Assembly (NCBI GenBank): GCA_965249485.1
Contig: OZ252239.1
Coordinates: forward strand, 928,001 to 992,000
Origin: a bacterium
GTDB lineage: Bacteria; SM23-31
DNA length: 64,000 nucleotides
Direction of reading: 5' to 3'
In this document: positions 52,218 through 62,926 of the stretch, piece after piece
Layout of the letters: the number at the start of each line of letters is the position of its first letter
How positions within the stretch are numbered: the first letter of the stretch is position 1
Position numbers and translations under genes: made by a program
Notes under the pieces: model-generated
The model's database searches: none
What the model was told of the DNA's origin: nothing
Seen by the model: only the letters and a program-made list of their open reading frames with translations

Positions 52218-54947
52218 TTATAGTATAACAGCTTGTTTGATAATTTCCTCGCCGCCTGCAGAAAGTTTGACTGTATATACTCCGGGAGTTACGCGCACAA
52301 GTATATGCTCACGGCTGCGTATGTCTGCCTCAATGTGTACGCGTGTGCTGAGAGAACGACCATATTTGTCTACTTCTTCGTCTGCATCGCCATAAAAGTC
52401 GACCGTGTCATAGTAATCAAACCAATAATTTAATCGTGCACCGGCAACCTGTTGGTCATAGCGTGCGATTTCCTCAGGTGTTCTATTCCGTTTCCGTTTT
52501 GTCATACCCCATTCGACACTGTTAAAACCCGCCTCGCCGGGACCTGTCAGCTCATTAATCAAATTCAAACCATCGTAAATAGATATTGAAACATCATTGC
52601 TGATAGATTTTTTTAAGTAATAATTAATCACAACTCCGTGTGGTTTGTTCTCGCCGGAATAATTTTGTGCACTGACCGCTTTTTGACTTGTCATAATCCA
52701 CTGTATTGTTGGTTCAATATCGAAAAAGTGAACATTCTTTTCAATAACATCCGGATTCAGTTCTTGCAGTGGTGAAATATCGGTAATAAAGATTCCTCTG
52801 CCGTGTGAGCCGACAATAAGGTCATTTTCGCGTGGATGGATAACTAAGTCCTGTACACCCGTTGTCGGCATATTATTTTGCATCCTTGCCCAATTTTCAC
52901 CGCCGTCAATGGATACATGGACAGCTTTTTCGGTTCCGAGGAATAGGAGGTTAAAATTTCTATGATCTTCCCGGATAACGTTAACAGGTTCGTCATCGGG
53001 AAGATTGTTCGATATAGAATCCCACGTTTGACCAAAATCAGAAGTCTTATATACAAACGGTCGAAAATCGTCATGTCTCCGTCCGGTATAGTTCACATAT
53101 GCCGAGCCAGCATCATGATGCGATGCAACGACTCTACTGACCCAGTATCCCGGATTTCCGGTAATTCGGTCATTCAAATTCGTCCATGTTTCTCCACCAT
53201 TAGTGGTAAGCTGAACATTACCGTCATCAGTCCCAACCCAGATAACACCCTGTCGGACAGGCGACTCGTCAAGTGTTGTAATCGTGTTAAAAGCAAGTGG
53301 TCCGATATTCCTGAGATCGGGATCGTTTTTCGTGAGGTCAGGACTTATTTCCTCCCAATTTTCACCTCTGAACGAAGAGCGAAGAACCACATTCGCCCCA
53401 TGGTATATAACATTACTGTTATGAGGAGAAATGAGAATAGGTGCACTGAAATTGAAACGGAGTTCAGGGTTGCCTGTAAATCGAATGCGTTTCCTTTTAC
53501 CGGTTTTCATATCAATTTTTGAGAGGCCACCGTTCTGTGATTCCGCATAAAGCCAGCGGTTATTGCTTGGATCGACCTTACTATAATAGCCGTCTCCACC
53601 GAGCATATGTTCCCAGTCTTCAAACCGGATCGGGAACCGTCCCTTTTTCGTGCTTGGCCCTTTAAAAGTTCCAAAATCTTGTGCTCCTCCGTACACATTA
53701 TAGGGATATGCCATGTCAACACCGATCTCATATATCTGCGCAAGAGGCAGTTCATCAGGGTGATACCAATTTTTACCACCATCGTATGTTATAGCCAGAC
53801 CGTAATCGTAGCCGGATAATATATGATTATTATCTCTCGGATCGATCCAAAGTGCATGATGATCTCCACCGTACTCAAATGCACGGTTCCAAGTCCTGCC
53901 ACTGTCAAATGAATGAGTGACCCCGAAACTCAAAATATATATATGATTTTCATCTTCCGGATCAACTCTGATCTGACAGAAGTACGAACCACCGGCTACC
54001 GGTTCGGGAGACATCTGTTCCCACTGAAGACCTCCGTTAGTTGTTCGATAAATTCTGTTCTCGTACCTACCGTCTGAATTCCTGTCTTCCAGGATATAAG
54101 CATAGAGGATATCAGGATTTTGAGGAGAGATCGTCAATCCGATTCTACCAACATTTTCACTTGGAAGACCATTAAAAAGCTTAGTCCAGGATTTTCCTCC
54201 ATCGGTAGTTTTATGAATTCCGCTCCCTGGCCCGCCTTCATAAAACATCCATGGTTTAGCAATCCTGTCGTAACTTGTCGCGTAGAGGATTGTAGGATTT
54301 GAGGGGTCCATGACAAGGTCAACTGCACCGATATATCTTCCATTCTGCATTACGCTGAGCGACTTTTCCCAAGTCCTGCCTCCATTTGTCGTTTTGAATA
54401 CTCCTCGTTCTTCATTGTCGGAATATAAATGACCCAGTGCCGCAACATATACAATATCATCTTGTTCGGGATGAACAATGATCCGTCCGATCTGATGGGT
54501 ATCTCTCATCCCCATGTTTTGCCATGTCTCTCCACCGTCGATTGATTTGTAAACACCGTCACCCCAGTATGTCGCATAGGGATCGGTCGTGCTGTTATTT
54601 GGTTCTCCCGTTCCGACCCATACCGTATTGGGATTTATCTGCGATACAGCAATATCTCCGATCGCGAAGACACTTTGATTGTCAAAAATCGGGAAAAAAG
54701 TTGTGCCGTTATTGACCGTTTTCCAAAGTCCTCCATTTGCCGTTGCTGTATAAAATGTATTATTCTGCTGAAAAGGAACTGCAAAATCGACGACCCTGCC
54801 TCCTTGTCGCGTCGGACCGATCGAACGGTAATGAAAGAACTTCAATAAATCTTGAGGGAGTTGTTGTCCAAATAATTCAGATGTGTTTAAGAAGTAGTAT
54901 GGTAACATCAAAACAAACAAAACCCGGATTATTTTATTTAATGTCAT
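52218..54947 (-). CDS. BNR/Asp-box (VPS10/sortilin-like) beta-propeller protein
   Basis: 'IGPTRQGGRV', repeated 'TxDGGxTW', signal peptide. Confidence 0.88.
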   Translation of the reverse strand: MTLNKIIRVLFVLMLPYYFLNTSELFGQQLPQDLLKFFHYRSIGPTRQGGRVVDFAVPFQQNNTFYTATANGGLWKTVNNGTTFFPIFDNQSVFAIGDIAVSQINPNTVWVGTGEPNNSTTDPYATYWGDGVYKSIDGGETWQNMGMRDTHQIGRIIVHPEQDDIVYVAALGHLYSDNEERGVFKTTNGGRTWEKSLSVMQNGRYIGAVDLVMDPSNPTILYATSYDRIAKPWMFYEGGPGSGIHKTTDGGKSWTKLFNGLPSENVGRIGLTISPQNPDILYAYILEDRNSDGRYENRIYRTTNGGLQWEQMSPEPVAGGSYFCQIRVDPEDENHIYILSFGVTHSFDSGRTWNRAFEYGGDHHALWIDPRDNNHILSGYDYGLAITYDGGKNWYHPDELPLAQIYEIGVDMAYPYNVYGGAQDFGTFKGPSTKKGRFPIRFEDWEHMLGGDGYYSKVDPSNNRWLYAESQNGGLSKIDMKTGKRKRIRFTGNPELRFNFSAPILISPHNSNVIYHGANVVLRSSFRGENWEEISPDLTKNDPDLRNIGPLAFNTITTLDESPVRQGVIWVGTDDGNVQLTTNGGETWTNLNDRITGNPGYWVSRVVASHHDAGSAYVNYTGRRHDDFRPFVYKTSDFGQTWDSISNNLPDDEPVNVIREDHRNFNLLFLGTEKAVHVSIDGGENWARMQNNMPTTGVQDLVIHPRENDLIVGSHGRGIFITDISPLQELNPDVIEKNVHFFDIEPTIQWIMTSQKAVSAQNYSGENKPHGVVINYYLKKSISNDVSISIYDGLNLINELTGPGEAGFNSVEWGMTKRKRNRTPEEIARYDQQVAGARLNYWFDYYDTVDFYGDADEEVDKYGRSLSTRVHIEADIRSREHILVRVTPGVYTVKLSAGGEEIIKQAVIL

Positions 54948-55328
54948 AACACATGCTCCTGAGATTTAGTTAAGATGCGAAAGATACCATAACTCGAGAT
55001 AGCATAATTATTGCCTTTTATATTTTTTAATTAATATTTATAGTATGCAAATTCTTTATTAAAGTGTTTTCTGCACTCAGGGATGTATTAAGTGTAACTT
55101 TCATCCTGCAATTTTTGCACTATTTGATTAGAGACTAATCATTTGTCTCCGGATTTATCGGCAGAATTAAATGAGAAGGGCACTCCATTTTTTTGTGTGT
55201 CTATTTCTCCATTAAGCTCGTTGAATATTCATTAATGCCAATAAGTACTATTGAATTTCTACTACTTCTAATTAATAAAAGAGAAATAATCGTAACGAGT
55301 GAATTAATTTTAAGAATTGAGGTTTGTA

Positions 55329-55436
55329 GTATGTTGCTTGAATAAATCAGTACTATGCGAATGAATAATACGGAATGCATTATGACTTTACAAGGATTAT
55401 CTGCTCATAGAGCTGTATGAATTGTTAATCTTCAAC
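55329..55436 (-). promoter_or_regulatory. Dispersed promoter element, copy G
   Basis: TTGTAA (55388-55393)-N17-TATTAT; degenerate boxes at 55329 and 55415; ends in cttcaac. Confidence 0.62.
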
Positions 55437-55637
55437 GAATAAATAATTCGCACAGGATTCGTTAAAAATTAAGGGGTGCTTTTAGTTATTTCAAGTGTTT
55501 TCAATTACTTGATATTTACGTTTTTATATACGTTGCTACAAGCAATTCTAACCACATCTATTAATTTACAATAATTATTTTGAAAGTTTTACAATTATTG
55601 CTTGCACATACAAGTATTTTTGTTATCTTATACTGCA

Positions 55638-56063
55638 ATGGAACGAAAAGATTCCAAATTTTGTGGTTGTTTATACTATTCAGCGAATGCATTAGCACGG
55701 ATAATAACGAAAATTGCTGAAGAGGAATTCGCTGATACCGGATTGTCGCCTTCATACGCATTCTTAATAATGACGGTGAATCATAAGCCCGGCATACGGC
55801 CTACAGAGATCAGCGAAATTATGCAGCTTTCACCTTCGACTATTACTCGTCTAATTGAAAAAGTTGAACACCGTGGTTTTCTTGAAAGAAAAACGTTAGG
55901 AAAATATACTGAAGTATATCCAACAGAGAGCGGCGCAGATCTTAATATCAAAATTAAAGAAGCTTGGATGAATTTATTCAACCGGTATACAAATATTTTA
56001 GGTAAGGAAGAAGCATCCAAACTTACATCAAAAATCTATGAAACAGTAATAAAGCTTGATTAA
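55638..56063 (+). CDS. MarR-family transcriptional regulator
   Basis: 'CGCLYYSANALAR', 'GLSPS', 'LSPSTITRLIEK'. Confidence 0.9.
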   Translation: MERKDSKFCGCLYYSANALARIITKIAEEEFADTGLSPSYAFLIMTVNHKPGIRPTEISEIMQLSPSTITRLIEKVEHRGFLERKTLGKYTEVYPTESGADLNIKIKEAWMNLFNRYTNILGKEEASKLTSKIYETVIKLD

Positions 56064-56118
56064 TTTTCTTTTAATGCAACTATTGCATGTACAACTAAAT
56101 ATAATTTTGGAGAATTTA

Positions 56119-56760
56119 ATGAAAATTGGAATCATAGGTTCAGGTATCGTCGGAAAAGCGTTAACTGCTGGTTTTTGTAAATATGGATATGAGGTGATGG
56201 CAGGGTCACGCGAACCGGGTAAACTGGCTGAATGGAAAACAGAGATCAGTGGGAATTTGAAGACCGGAACGTTTGACGAAACAGCGGCATTCGGCGAGAT
56301 TATTGTTCTTGCTACAAAAGGAACGATAGCAGAAAACGCAGTCAAACTTGCAGGTATCCATAATCTAAATAATAAAACCGTAATCGACGCGACAAATCCA
56401 ATTGCGGATGCAGAACCGGTTAATGGTGTATTGAAGTTTTTTACCAACCTTGATGGTTCTTTAATGGAGCAACTTCAGATGCTGGCACCCGAGGCTAATT
56501 TTGTTAAAGCGTTTAGCTGTGTTGGGAGTCATTTTATGGTTGATCCGTATTTTGAATCTAAACCCACCATGTTTATTTGCGGCAACAATGATGCAGCAAA
56601 AGTTGAAACTGAGAAAATATTAAACCAGTTTGGTTGGGAGGTTGAGGATATGGGGAAGGTTGAGGCCGCCCGAGCAATAGAACCGCTGTGTATGCTTTGG
56701 TGTATCCCCGGTTTCCGGAAAAATCGCTGGACGCACGCTTTCAAATTATTGAAGAGCTAA
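56119..56760 (+). CDS. NADP oxidoreductase (F420_oxidored-family dinucleotide-binding protein)
   Basis: 'MKIGIIGSGIVG', 'VIDATNP', 'VKAF', 'ARAIEP'. Confidence 0.88.
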   Translation: MKIGIIGSGIVGKALTAGFCKYGYEVMAGSREPGKLAEWKTEISGNLKTGTFDETAAFGEIIVLATKGTIAENAVKLAGIHNLNNKTVIDATNPIADAEPVNGVLKFFTNLDGSLMEQLQMLAPEANFVKAFSCVGSHFMVDPYFESKPTMFICGNNDAAKVETEKILNQFGWEVEDMGKVEAARAIEPLCMLWCIPGFRKNRWTHAFKLLKS

Positions 56761-56845
56761 GTACTCCTAAAGATAATTAAAGGCCAAACATTAAACAAAA
56801 TACAAACTACACACGTAACAACCTAATAAATCCAAGGAGAAAAAA

Positions 56846-57721
56846 ATGTCCAAAAATATACTTATCACTGGTGCCAGTAGCGGATTTGGAAAACTATTCA
56901 CTCTTACATTACGTAAGAACGGGCACACAGTTGTTGCTTCAATGAGGGGAGCAGAGGGTAAAAACAAAACGGTTGCTGAAGAACTAAAAGGGATCGGTGC
57001 TCATATCGTGGAGATTGATGTGACTAACGACAATAGTGTCAGTCAAGGTGTAGAATCTGCCATTGAAATGGCCGGTGGTATTGATGTGGTAGTCAACAAC
57101 GCAGGTGTTGGCGTCATAGGTTTGCAGGAAACTTTTACTCCTGAAGACTGGCAAAACCTGTTCGATATCAATGTGTTCGGTGTGTAAAGAGTCAACAGGG
57201 CGATTCTTCCTCACATGCGCGATAAAAATTCAGGGCTGCTTATCCATATCTCCAGTATACTGGGGGCCGGATGACAATTCCATTTTTTGGTCCCTACAAC
57301 ACCTCAAAATGGGCTTTGAAAGCATTAGCAGAAAATTATCAAACTGAACTCTCGGGTTTTGGTATAGATTCGTGCATTGTTGAACCAGGTGGTTATCCCA
57401 CTTCATTTATGGACAGACTTATAAAACCAAGTGATTCAACTCAAGATTCCAGCTTATGGTGAATTTACTAAAGCACCTATGGAGTTTTTCACCAATTTTG
57501 AAAAAGCATTAGCGGCTAACAAAGAGCAAAATCCACAAGATGTAGTGGATGCTGTTTCCGATCTGATCGATACACCAGCAGGCCAACGCAATTTCCGCAC
57601 AGTCGTTGATAAAATGGGAATGGGCGATCCTATCAAGAGCTATAACGACCAGCTCGAACAGATCACTTCCGGGATCTACAATGCTTTTGGTATGGGAGAT
57701 ATGCTGAAGTTAAAGGTTTAA
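56846..57721 (+). pseudogene. SDR oxidoreductase pseudogene
   Basis: 'ITGASSGFG', 'NNAG', YxxxK 'YNTSK'; TAA at 57185-57187, frameshifts at ~57262-57266 and ~57454. Confidence 0.88.
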
Positions 57722-58309
57722 TGTTAATGTATTTATAGAAATATATTAATCATCTTTTTGGTTTTCAGATAAGTGCTCGATAGCAATGGCTTCAGCTTGA
57801 TCGGCGGAAACTCGCATTTTATAAGTGTAGATTCTATACCTTACACTACGCAAAACTCTGTGCAGATTTTGTATGTTAGGCGATAAATCCTGATGTTACA
57901 CTACATATGGACGACTTCGACATACACAATTATTGTATGTCAGTCATAAGTTTCTGCCCTCCTACTTTCTTATGTCATAGATACGCGAATTTTCCATAAG
58001 TACTCACCCTGTGTAAACTAAAGTAATTTTCAAGAATTTAAATAAACAACCATTCCAATTTTGAGCCATAAGACTATGCATTTTCAATAGGAGGGATTGT
58101 TGCATATTTAAATGAAATAAAAAACTTGCGTTTGTAAAATGCATGGGTTATCATTAACACTCCCAAAAAAACTAGGTATGTTAAGTAACAATCTCAAAAT
58201 TTCAGTGTTGCCTTATCTTTAAATAATAGTCCTTTTAAGATGACCGAGATTGGGATACCAGTTAAGAGTACTATCTCGCAGTAAGGATTCAATTGTGGGA
58301 CACGTGACT

Positions 58310-59947
58310 ATGTCTGATACAAATAAAAACATTCAACGAGATGAGCAATTCAATGATGTGGGACAGCAATTTCGTGAATTGTTGCTCAATGGCAAGGTCG
58401 AAGAAGCAGGTGCATTGCAAGCTGATGAAATGATACCCGATAACGTTGTCAATTTACATGCAAAAGAAGCATTTGCAGTGCTTAAAGAAACTGAACAATT
58501 TGATGTGGCATTGCACGTAGCTATTAAATATTTTTCCTCAGATGATGAAGTGAATACAGTAAAAATTGCAGAATGGAACCGGTTAAACAAAAAAAAGCAA
58601 TTTGTAGAGGCAGCAGAATGGGCACTATCGCAAGGTCTGTCTGAAAAAGAAATATACCAGTCAGGACTTTCTGCGTTTGAAAAATATTTAGAAGAGGGAA
58701 ATGTTGAAGAAGCACTTAAAATAGTACAGAAATACAAATTGAGAAAAGAATCATTGATTAGTTTGACCATGGTAGCTTTCAACAAGATTATTAGTGAAGA
58801 AGATTATTATAGTGCGGCACGTTTAGGAAAAGCGTTTAATCTCTCGAAAGACAGGACAACGTCGGTAGTCATCAAGGCATGTAATGAATTCATCAAAAAC
58901 GGTGAAATTGAAATGATCTATAAACTTATCGATGAATTCGAGTTGTTAAATGATACTACAATTGGAGAATTTTCTGGAAAAGATGCTGAAAATCTTGTTA
59001 TCGAACTTACCGAGAAATTTATTAGGCCATCATTTGATCAAGGCAAGCTCCAGCTTATGAAAGAATTTGCTGAAGCAATAAAATTGAATTCTCAGCAGTT
59101 TGAAAACAGCTTTTTGAAAGAATTTGTACGGCGGTTCTATAAAATAGCTGTTAGTACCCATAATTCCTATCTTAACAGCAATGATCTTAAATCCGCCAGA
59201 TTCATACGTGACTCTTTTAACCTGTTTGTTACCCCGCTACCTTTTGATGAGTTTACTTCTCTTGTTGAATCGAGTGAAGCATATCATAAATCATTGTTAG
59301 AAAACGCCGAATTAAATGCAGCGATCGCGTTCAAGAAAGAGTACGAGATATTTACAAAATTTACCGTTGAAAAAAGTAAAAAGACAGCTATTGAGCACGG
59401 AAAGCTATTTCTTGTTAAGGCTATTGAAAACAAATCAATTCCGATGGCTATGAGTGGGATTAAAGAATATAATGTGACGAATGAACTTGTCGATGATGCT
59501 TTCTTAACAGGAATTTTGCATCATATACACGATAAATCGTTTGATGATGCTTTTGCCTTACGTGATGAATTAAAGTTTAAACCTACCTCTGAAGCTGGCA
59601 AAGCCCGTATTATTGAAGCATTTAAGAAAATCATGCAGGATAAAGACTATATTCACGCTGTAGAATTTGCACACCGTTTCAACCTTCAAAGATCGTATGA
59701 ATTGGATGCCGCGATTAAAGCCTGGCAAGTTGAATTTATTGCGAAACGGCATGATAATGCGATAAATTTAAATAATAAATTTAAAATTAATAAAGAGTTT
59801 ACTTTGCCTCTGGCTAAGAGAGCATATCGGGAATTTAATATTGCGAAAGATTATCCCATGGCGATCTTAATTCGGAGAGCCTATAAAATACCCATTGGAA
59901 TTATAGAATGGATATTAGAATTTTTTAGACTGCTTTTTTCAAGATAG
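58310..59947 (+). CDS. Hypothetical all-alpha helical-repeat protein
   Basis: Long ORF with repeated 'A..(L/F)...(Y/F).L' helical units and a hydrophobic C-terminus. ATG at 58310; TTGCGT-N17-TATCAT promoter at ~58126. Confidence 0.7.
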   Translation: MSDTNKNIQRDEQFNDVGQQFRELLLNGKVEEAGALQADEMIPDNVVNLHAKEAFAVLKETEQFDVALHVAIKYFSSDDEVNTVKIAEWNRLNKKKQFVEAAEWALSQGLSEKEIYQSGLSAFEKYLEEGNVEEALKIVQKYKLRKESLISLTMVAFNKIISEEDYYSAARLGKAFNLSKDRTTSVVIKACNEFIKNGEIEMIYKLIDEFELLNDTTIGEFSGKDAENLVIELTEKFIRPSFDQGKLQLMKEFAEAIKLNSQQFENSFLKEFVRRFYKIAVSTHNSYLNSNDLKSARFIRDSFNLFVTPLPFDEFTSLVESSEAYHKSLLENAELNAAIAFKKEYEIFTKFTVEKSKKTAIEHGKLFLVKAIENKSIPMAMSGIKEYNVTNELVDDAFLTGILHHIHDKSFDDAFALRDELKFKPTSEAGKARIIEAFKKIMQDKDYIHAVEFAHRFNLQRSYELDAAIKAWQVEFIAKRHDNAINLNNKFKINKEFTLPLAKRAYREFNIAKDYPMAILIRRAYKIPIGIIEWILEFFRLLFSR

Positions 59948-59991
59948 GCTCAGCGTTAATCTGAATATTTGTCTACCATTTTCTTTATTTT

Positions 59992-60097
59992 GTATGTAGT
60001 AGAACAAATCGGACATTTTGAATTAAATAGTAGGGCATGTATATAGTTTTCACAAGTGTTTCTGCTCCCCGGATTGTAGGATTTGGAAAGCTTCAAC
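59992..60097 (-). promoter_or_regulatory. Dispersed promoter element, copy H (no downstream co-oriented gene)
   Basis: TTGTGA (60050-60055)-N17-TACTAT (60027-60032); both boxes present; points into the 3' end of the convergent gene. Confidence 0.7.
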
Positions 60098-60147
60098 TCG
60101 CATTTGTTATGAATCCTGGAAAACTGGGAAATAAGATTTATTACTGT

Positions 60148-62832
60148 TTATTTTCGTAACAGGAATGTGATTTTTGCCAAGAGGGTTCTGTTCGTAGTCA
60201 CGTCATTGTCGTTTCCAAATAAATTTTCCTGATTATATACTAAATAAAAATCGCTCCCCAGCCTATATATATAGCGGAGAATAATGTTTTGTGACACCTG
60301 ATTTCTATCATCGAAAAGTAAGGCATCATCGACCCACTGGAAAAATCCCTTGATATATAATTCTGTATTAAATGCATAGCTCAACCGTGCTGAAATTAAA
60401 TTTGTATGAAAATCCCCCTCGGGAAGTTCGACCTTGCTGTAACTATAGTTGCCACTTGCAAATATTTGAGGATGTGCTCGAACTGTTGCACTCACTCCTC
60501 CTCCGTAAGAAGTACCGGTGAAAAAATCTCCCCCATTGATATTTACCGACCCATGAACGGGTTTTGTACTGATCGAACGATACTGGCCCTTAAACGTCGT
60601 ATTGGTATAGCTCTTCTGAGGAATGATCAGATCCGGTCGAATTTCAAATTCTTCATCGAGGTGTTCAAACTCCCTGTCAACCGTAAAACTGAAATTCGTA
60701 GTATTTTCAAAATCAATGGTAAGTGTTCCGGTCGCTTTCCTGTTGAGTACCCGATTATGGTGATTGGTCTGGTAATTACCATTGGCTGTAATAAATACCT
60801 TTCGAATTGCGGGAATCTGATTGAAACGTGGGGAAAGCGTGACGCCGCCTTCGGTGAACCTGATATCTTTTCTTCTTACAAATCCCATTTCGGGATTAAA
60901 ATCCTTATCGATATTCAGAAAGGACAGATTATACTGCCACAGGTCTGATTGAAAGCGAAATCCTGCATTACCGGCAAGATTATTCCTTTTCCCTTCTTTT
61001 CCGGGAGAAAAAGTGCTTGCTCCTACCATATAGAATGAAAACTTCTCGTTGACATTGAAGTTGGAATCAAATCCAATTGAACGGTTATAGCCACCATGCA
61101 CCTCTTCTTTATTCAAAAACATAACACCGACAGCAGAACGGGATAATATATCCCGCTTCAGCCTAAATGCACTATAATTAGTCTCCGGTATTGTTGGTTC
61201 ATCAACAAAAGGAGACGTTTTTCTGGTCTGAAGTGACATGAGACCTAAAGCATATTTACCTATCCTGCCGTTGAGACGTGTCCCGCCTATGATAGGAACG
61301 AGATTCCCGTCCGACAGACCGATATTCCGACTGTGGAATATCTGAATATTAGCTGCCCGTCTTAGTAGAGGATTTGCACCTCCTTGGCCTTGACCGAACG
61401 AAAATGTTCCAGCGCCTTCCAAAAAGAAATCCCGTTTTTCTGGAAAAAACAGGTCGAATCGTGTCAGATTTATCTGTTCCTGATCTGCTTCGACCTGTGC
61501 AAAATCGGTATTGTAGGTGAAATCGGCTGTTAATGTCGACGTGATGCTCTTTTTTAAGTCAATTCCGAATTCACCGAGGTCATCTTCTACGATGTCATCA
61601 CGCTGTAAACCACCGGTTGCAAAGGGTTTAAAATCAAAATTACCACCCATCTCCAATCCATTAAAACCGGTGACATCACCTGCATGAGAAACACGTTCCT
61701 GCCCTTCTATACCTGCATAGAGAGGCACGAACCGCCAGATATCTTTTTCATTTTTTCGTATTATTGTGCGTACAAAATTTGCCCCCCAAACAAGATTATC
61801 TCCCTCATTATACCGGAGCGTCTGCCATGGCACGAAGACCTCAAGGAACCACCCTTTATCATTAATGGAAGTTTTTGCGTCCCAAACACCCACCCAGGAG
61901 CCATTGCGTATTCTCCCGTCTTCCCAAATAACCGCATCAGTGATTTTTCCCGCAGCGGTAATTATAAGGTTATAGGCACTTCGGTGGTCATGGAATGTAT
62001 CGAGCACGATCTCGAACCTATCATCAAAGATATCGTTTCCGTCCCTCCTCAACTCTGTAATGCGGATTTTGTCAGGCTCGGACTCGTACAAACGGACGCC
62101 AAAATAAACGTTCTCATCATCATAAATTACTGCAATTTCGGTCCTTTCCGTCGGAGGAGCTCCAGTATCCGGAACCCGCTGGATAAAATCGTCCCGAAAC
62201 TTCGCCTCTTTCCACACTGGGTCATTGAGAACGCCGTCAATTTTAGGACCTTTGGCAACCCGTACCGCCCGCATTTCCTTATGGAACGAGCTGTTTTTTA
62301 ATGCTTCGGATGAATTATTTGATCCCATTGATAAAGCAAAATCATCTGTGTTTGGCCCATAACTATCTGATAGATACCAGTCTTCTTTCCCGGAAAGCTC
62401 TATGTAATATGGTACGATAGTCGCCGCTGTTGGATTTCCATACTGGCTCGGCGATTCATTCCAGATAAAATTACGAATATCTTTTGGGTTAATTGGCTCG
62501 TGGAAGGTCCGCTCATAAAGGACAGGTTTTTCTCTGTGTGGAAAGTACACCAGCAGCCAGACATGCATACTCAAAATTTCCTCATCAGAAGAATTCAAAA
62601 TATCGAAATACGCTCTAAAACCGTTATCGACAACAATAATATTTACGGGACCGTCGATTGTAAAGGGGGCACCTTCATACTCAAACGAGGTCAGGGGGAT
62701 ATAGGGATTCAATTTCGAATTGTTGCCGGATTCACCAATTTGCGCGTACGATGTGCTAGAATTTGCTGCTCCCTGCAAAAGGATTAAACAAATTATCAGT
62801 TTGAAATTGGTATGAGGATTTTGAAAAGTCAT
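60148..62832 (-). CDS. CBM9-like domain plus DUF5916 outer-membrane protein
   Basis: 'IDGVLNDPVW', 'DTFHD', 'NTDFAQVEAD', 'FFPEKRDFFLEG', beta-strand-rich C-terminus. Confidence 0.82.
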   Translation of the reverse strand: MTFQNPHTNFKLIICLILLQGAANSSTSYAQIGESGNNSKLNPYIPLTSFEYEGAPFTIDGPVNIIVVDNGFRAYFDILNSSDEEILSMHVWLLVYFPHREKPVLYERTFHEPINPKDIRNFIWNESPSQYGNPTAATIVPYYIELSGKEDWYLSDSYGPNTDDFALSMGSNNSSEALKNSSFHKEMRAVRVAKGPKIDGVLNDPVWKEAKFRDDFIQRVPDTGAPPTERTEIAVIYDDENVYFGVRLYESEPDKIRITELRRDGNDIFDDRFEIVLDTFHDHRSAYNLIITAAGKITDAVIWEDGRIRNGSWVGVWDAKTSINDKGWFLEVFVPWQTLRYNEGDNLVWGANFVRTIIRKNEKDIWRFVPLYAGIEGQERVSHAGDVTGFNGLEMGGNFDFKPFATGGLQRDDIVEDDLGEFGIDLKKSITSTLTADFTYNTDFAQVEADQEQINLTRFDLFFPEKRDFFLEGAGTFSFGQGQGGANPLLRRAANIQIFHSRNIGLSDGNLVPIIGGTRLNGRIGKYALGLMSLQTRKTSPFVDEPTIPETNYSAFRLKRDILSRSAVGVMFLNKEEVHGGYNRSIGFDSNFNVNEKFSFYMVGASTFSPGKEGKRNNLAGNAGFRFQSDLWQYNLSFLNIDKDFNPEMGFVRRKDIRFTEGGVTLSPRFNQIPAIRKVFITANGNYQTNHHNRVLNRKATGTLTIDFENTTNFSFTVDREFEHLDEEFEIRPDLIIPQKSYTNTTFKGQYRSISTKPVHGSVNINGGDFFTGTSYGGGVSATVRAHPQIFASGNYSYSKVELPEGDFHTNLISARLSYAFNTELYIKGFFQWVDDALLFDDRNQVSQNIILRYIYRLGSDFYLVYNQENLFGNDNDVTTNRTLLAKITFLLRK

Positions 62833-62926
62833 GAGAGTTAAAAAAGAAACTTCTAAAAATGAGCGCTTCCCGGATCAATCAACCCGATTCGGCAGGAATA
62901 ATGTGCAAATCTGATTCTGTCTTATT

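Noticed and set aside
18282..57187. Alternative genetic code or stop-codon readthrough explaining the in-frame stops
   Set aside because: TAG, TGA and TAA all occur as lesions and all also terminate intact genes; frameshifts co-occur in several of the same genes.
57780..57885. attC remnant suggested by GTTAGGC at ~57875
   Set aside because: No complementary RYYYAAC or extended palindrome upstream.
9929..62301. Long antisense ORFs (e.g. 9929..10774, 16408..17031, 12193..12792, 61684..62301)
   Set aside because: They lie opposite well-supported genes and have no recognisable motifs; treated as shadow ORFs.
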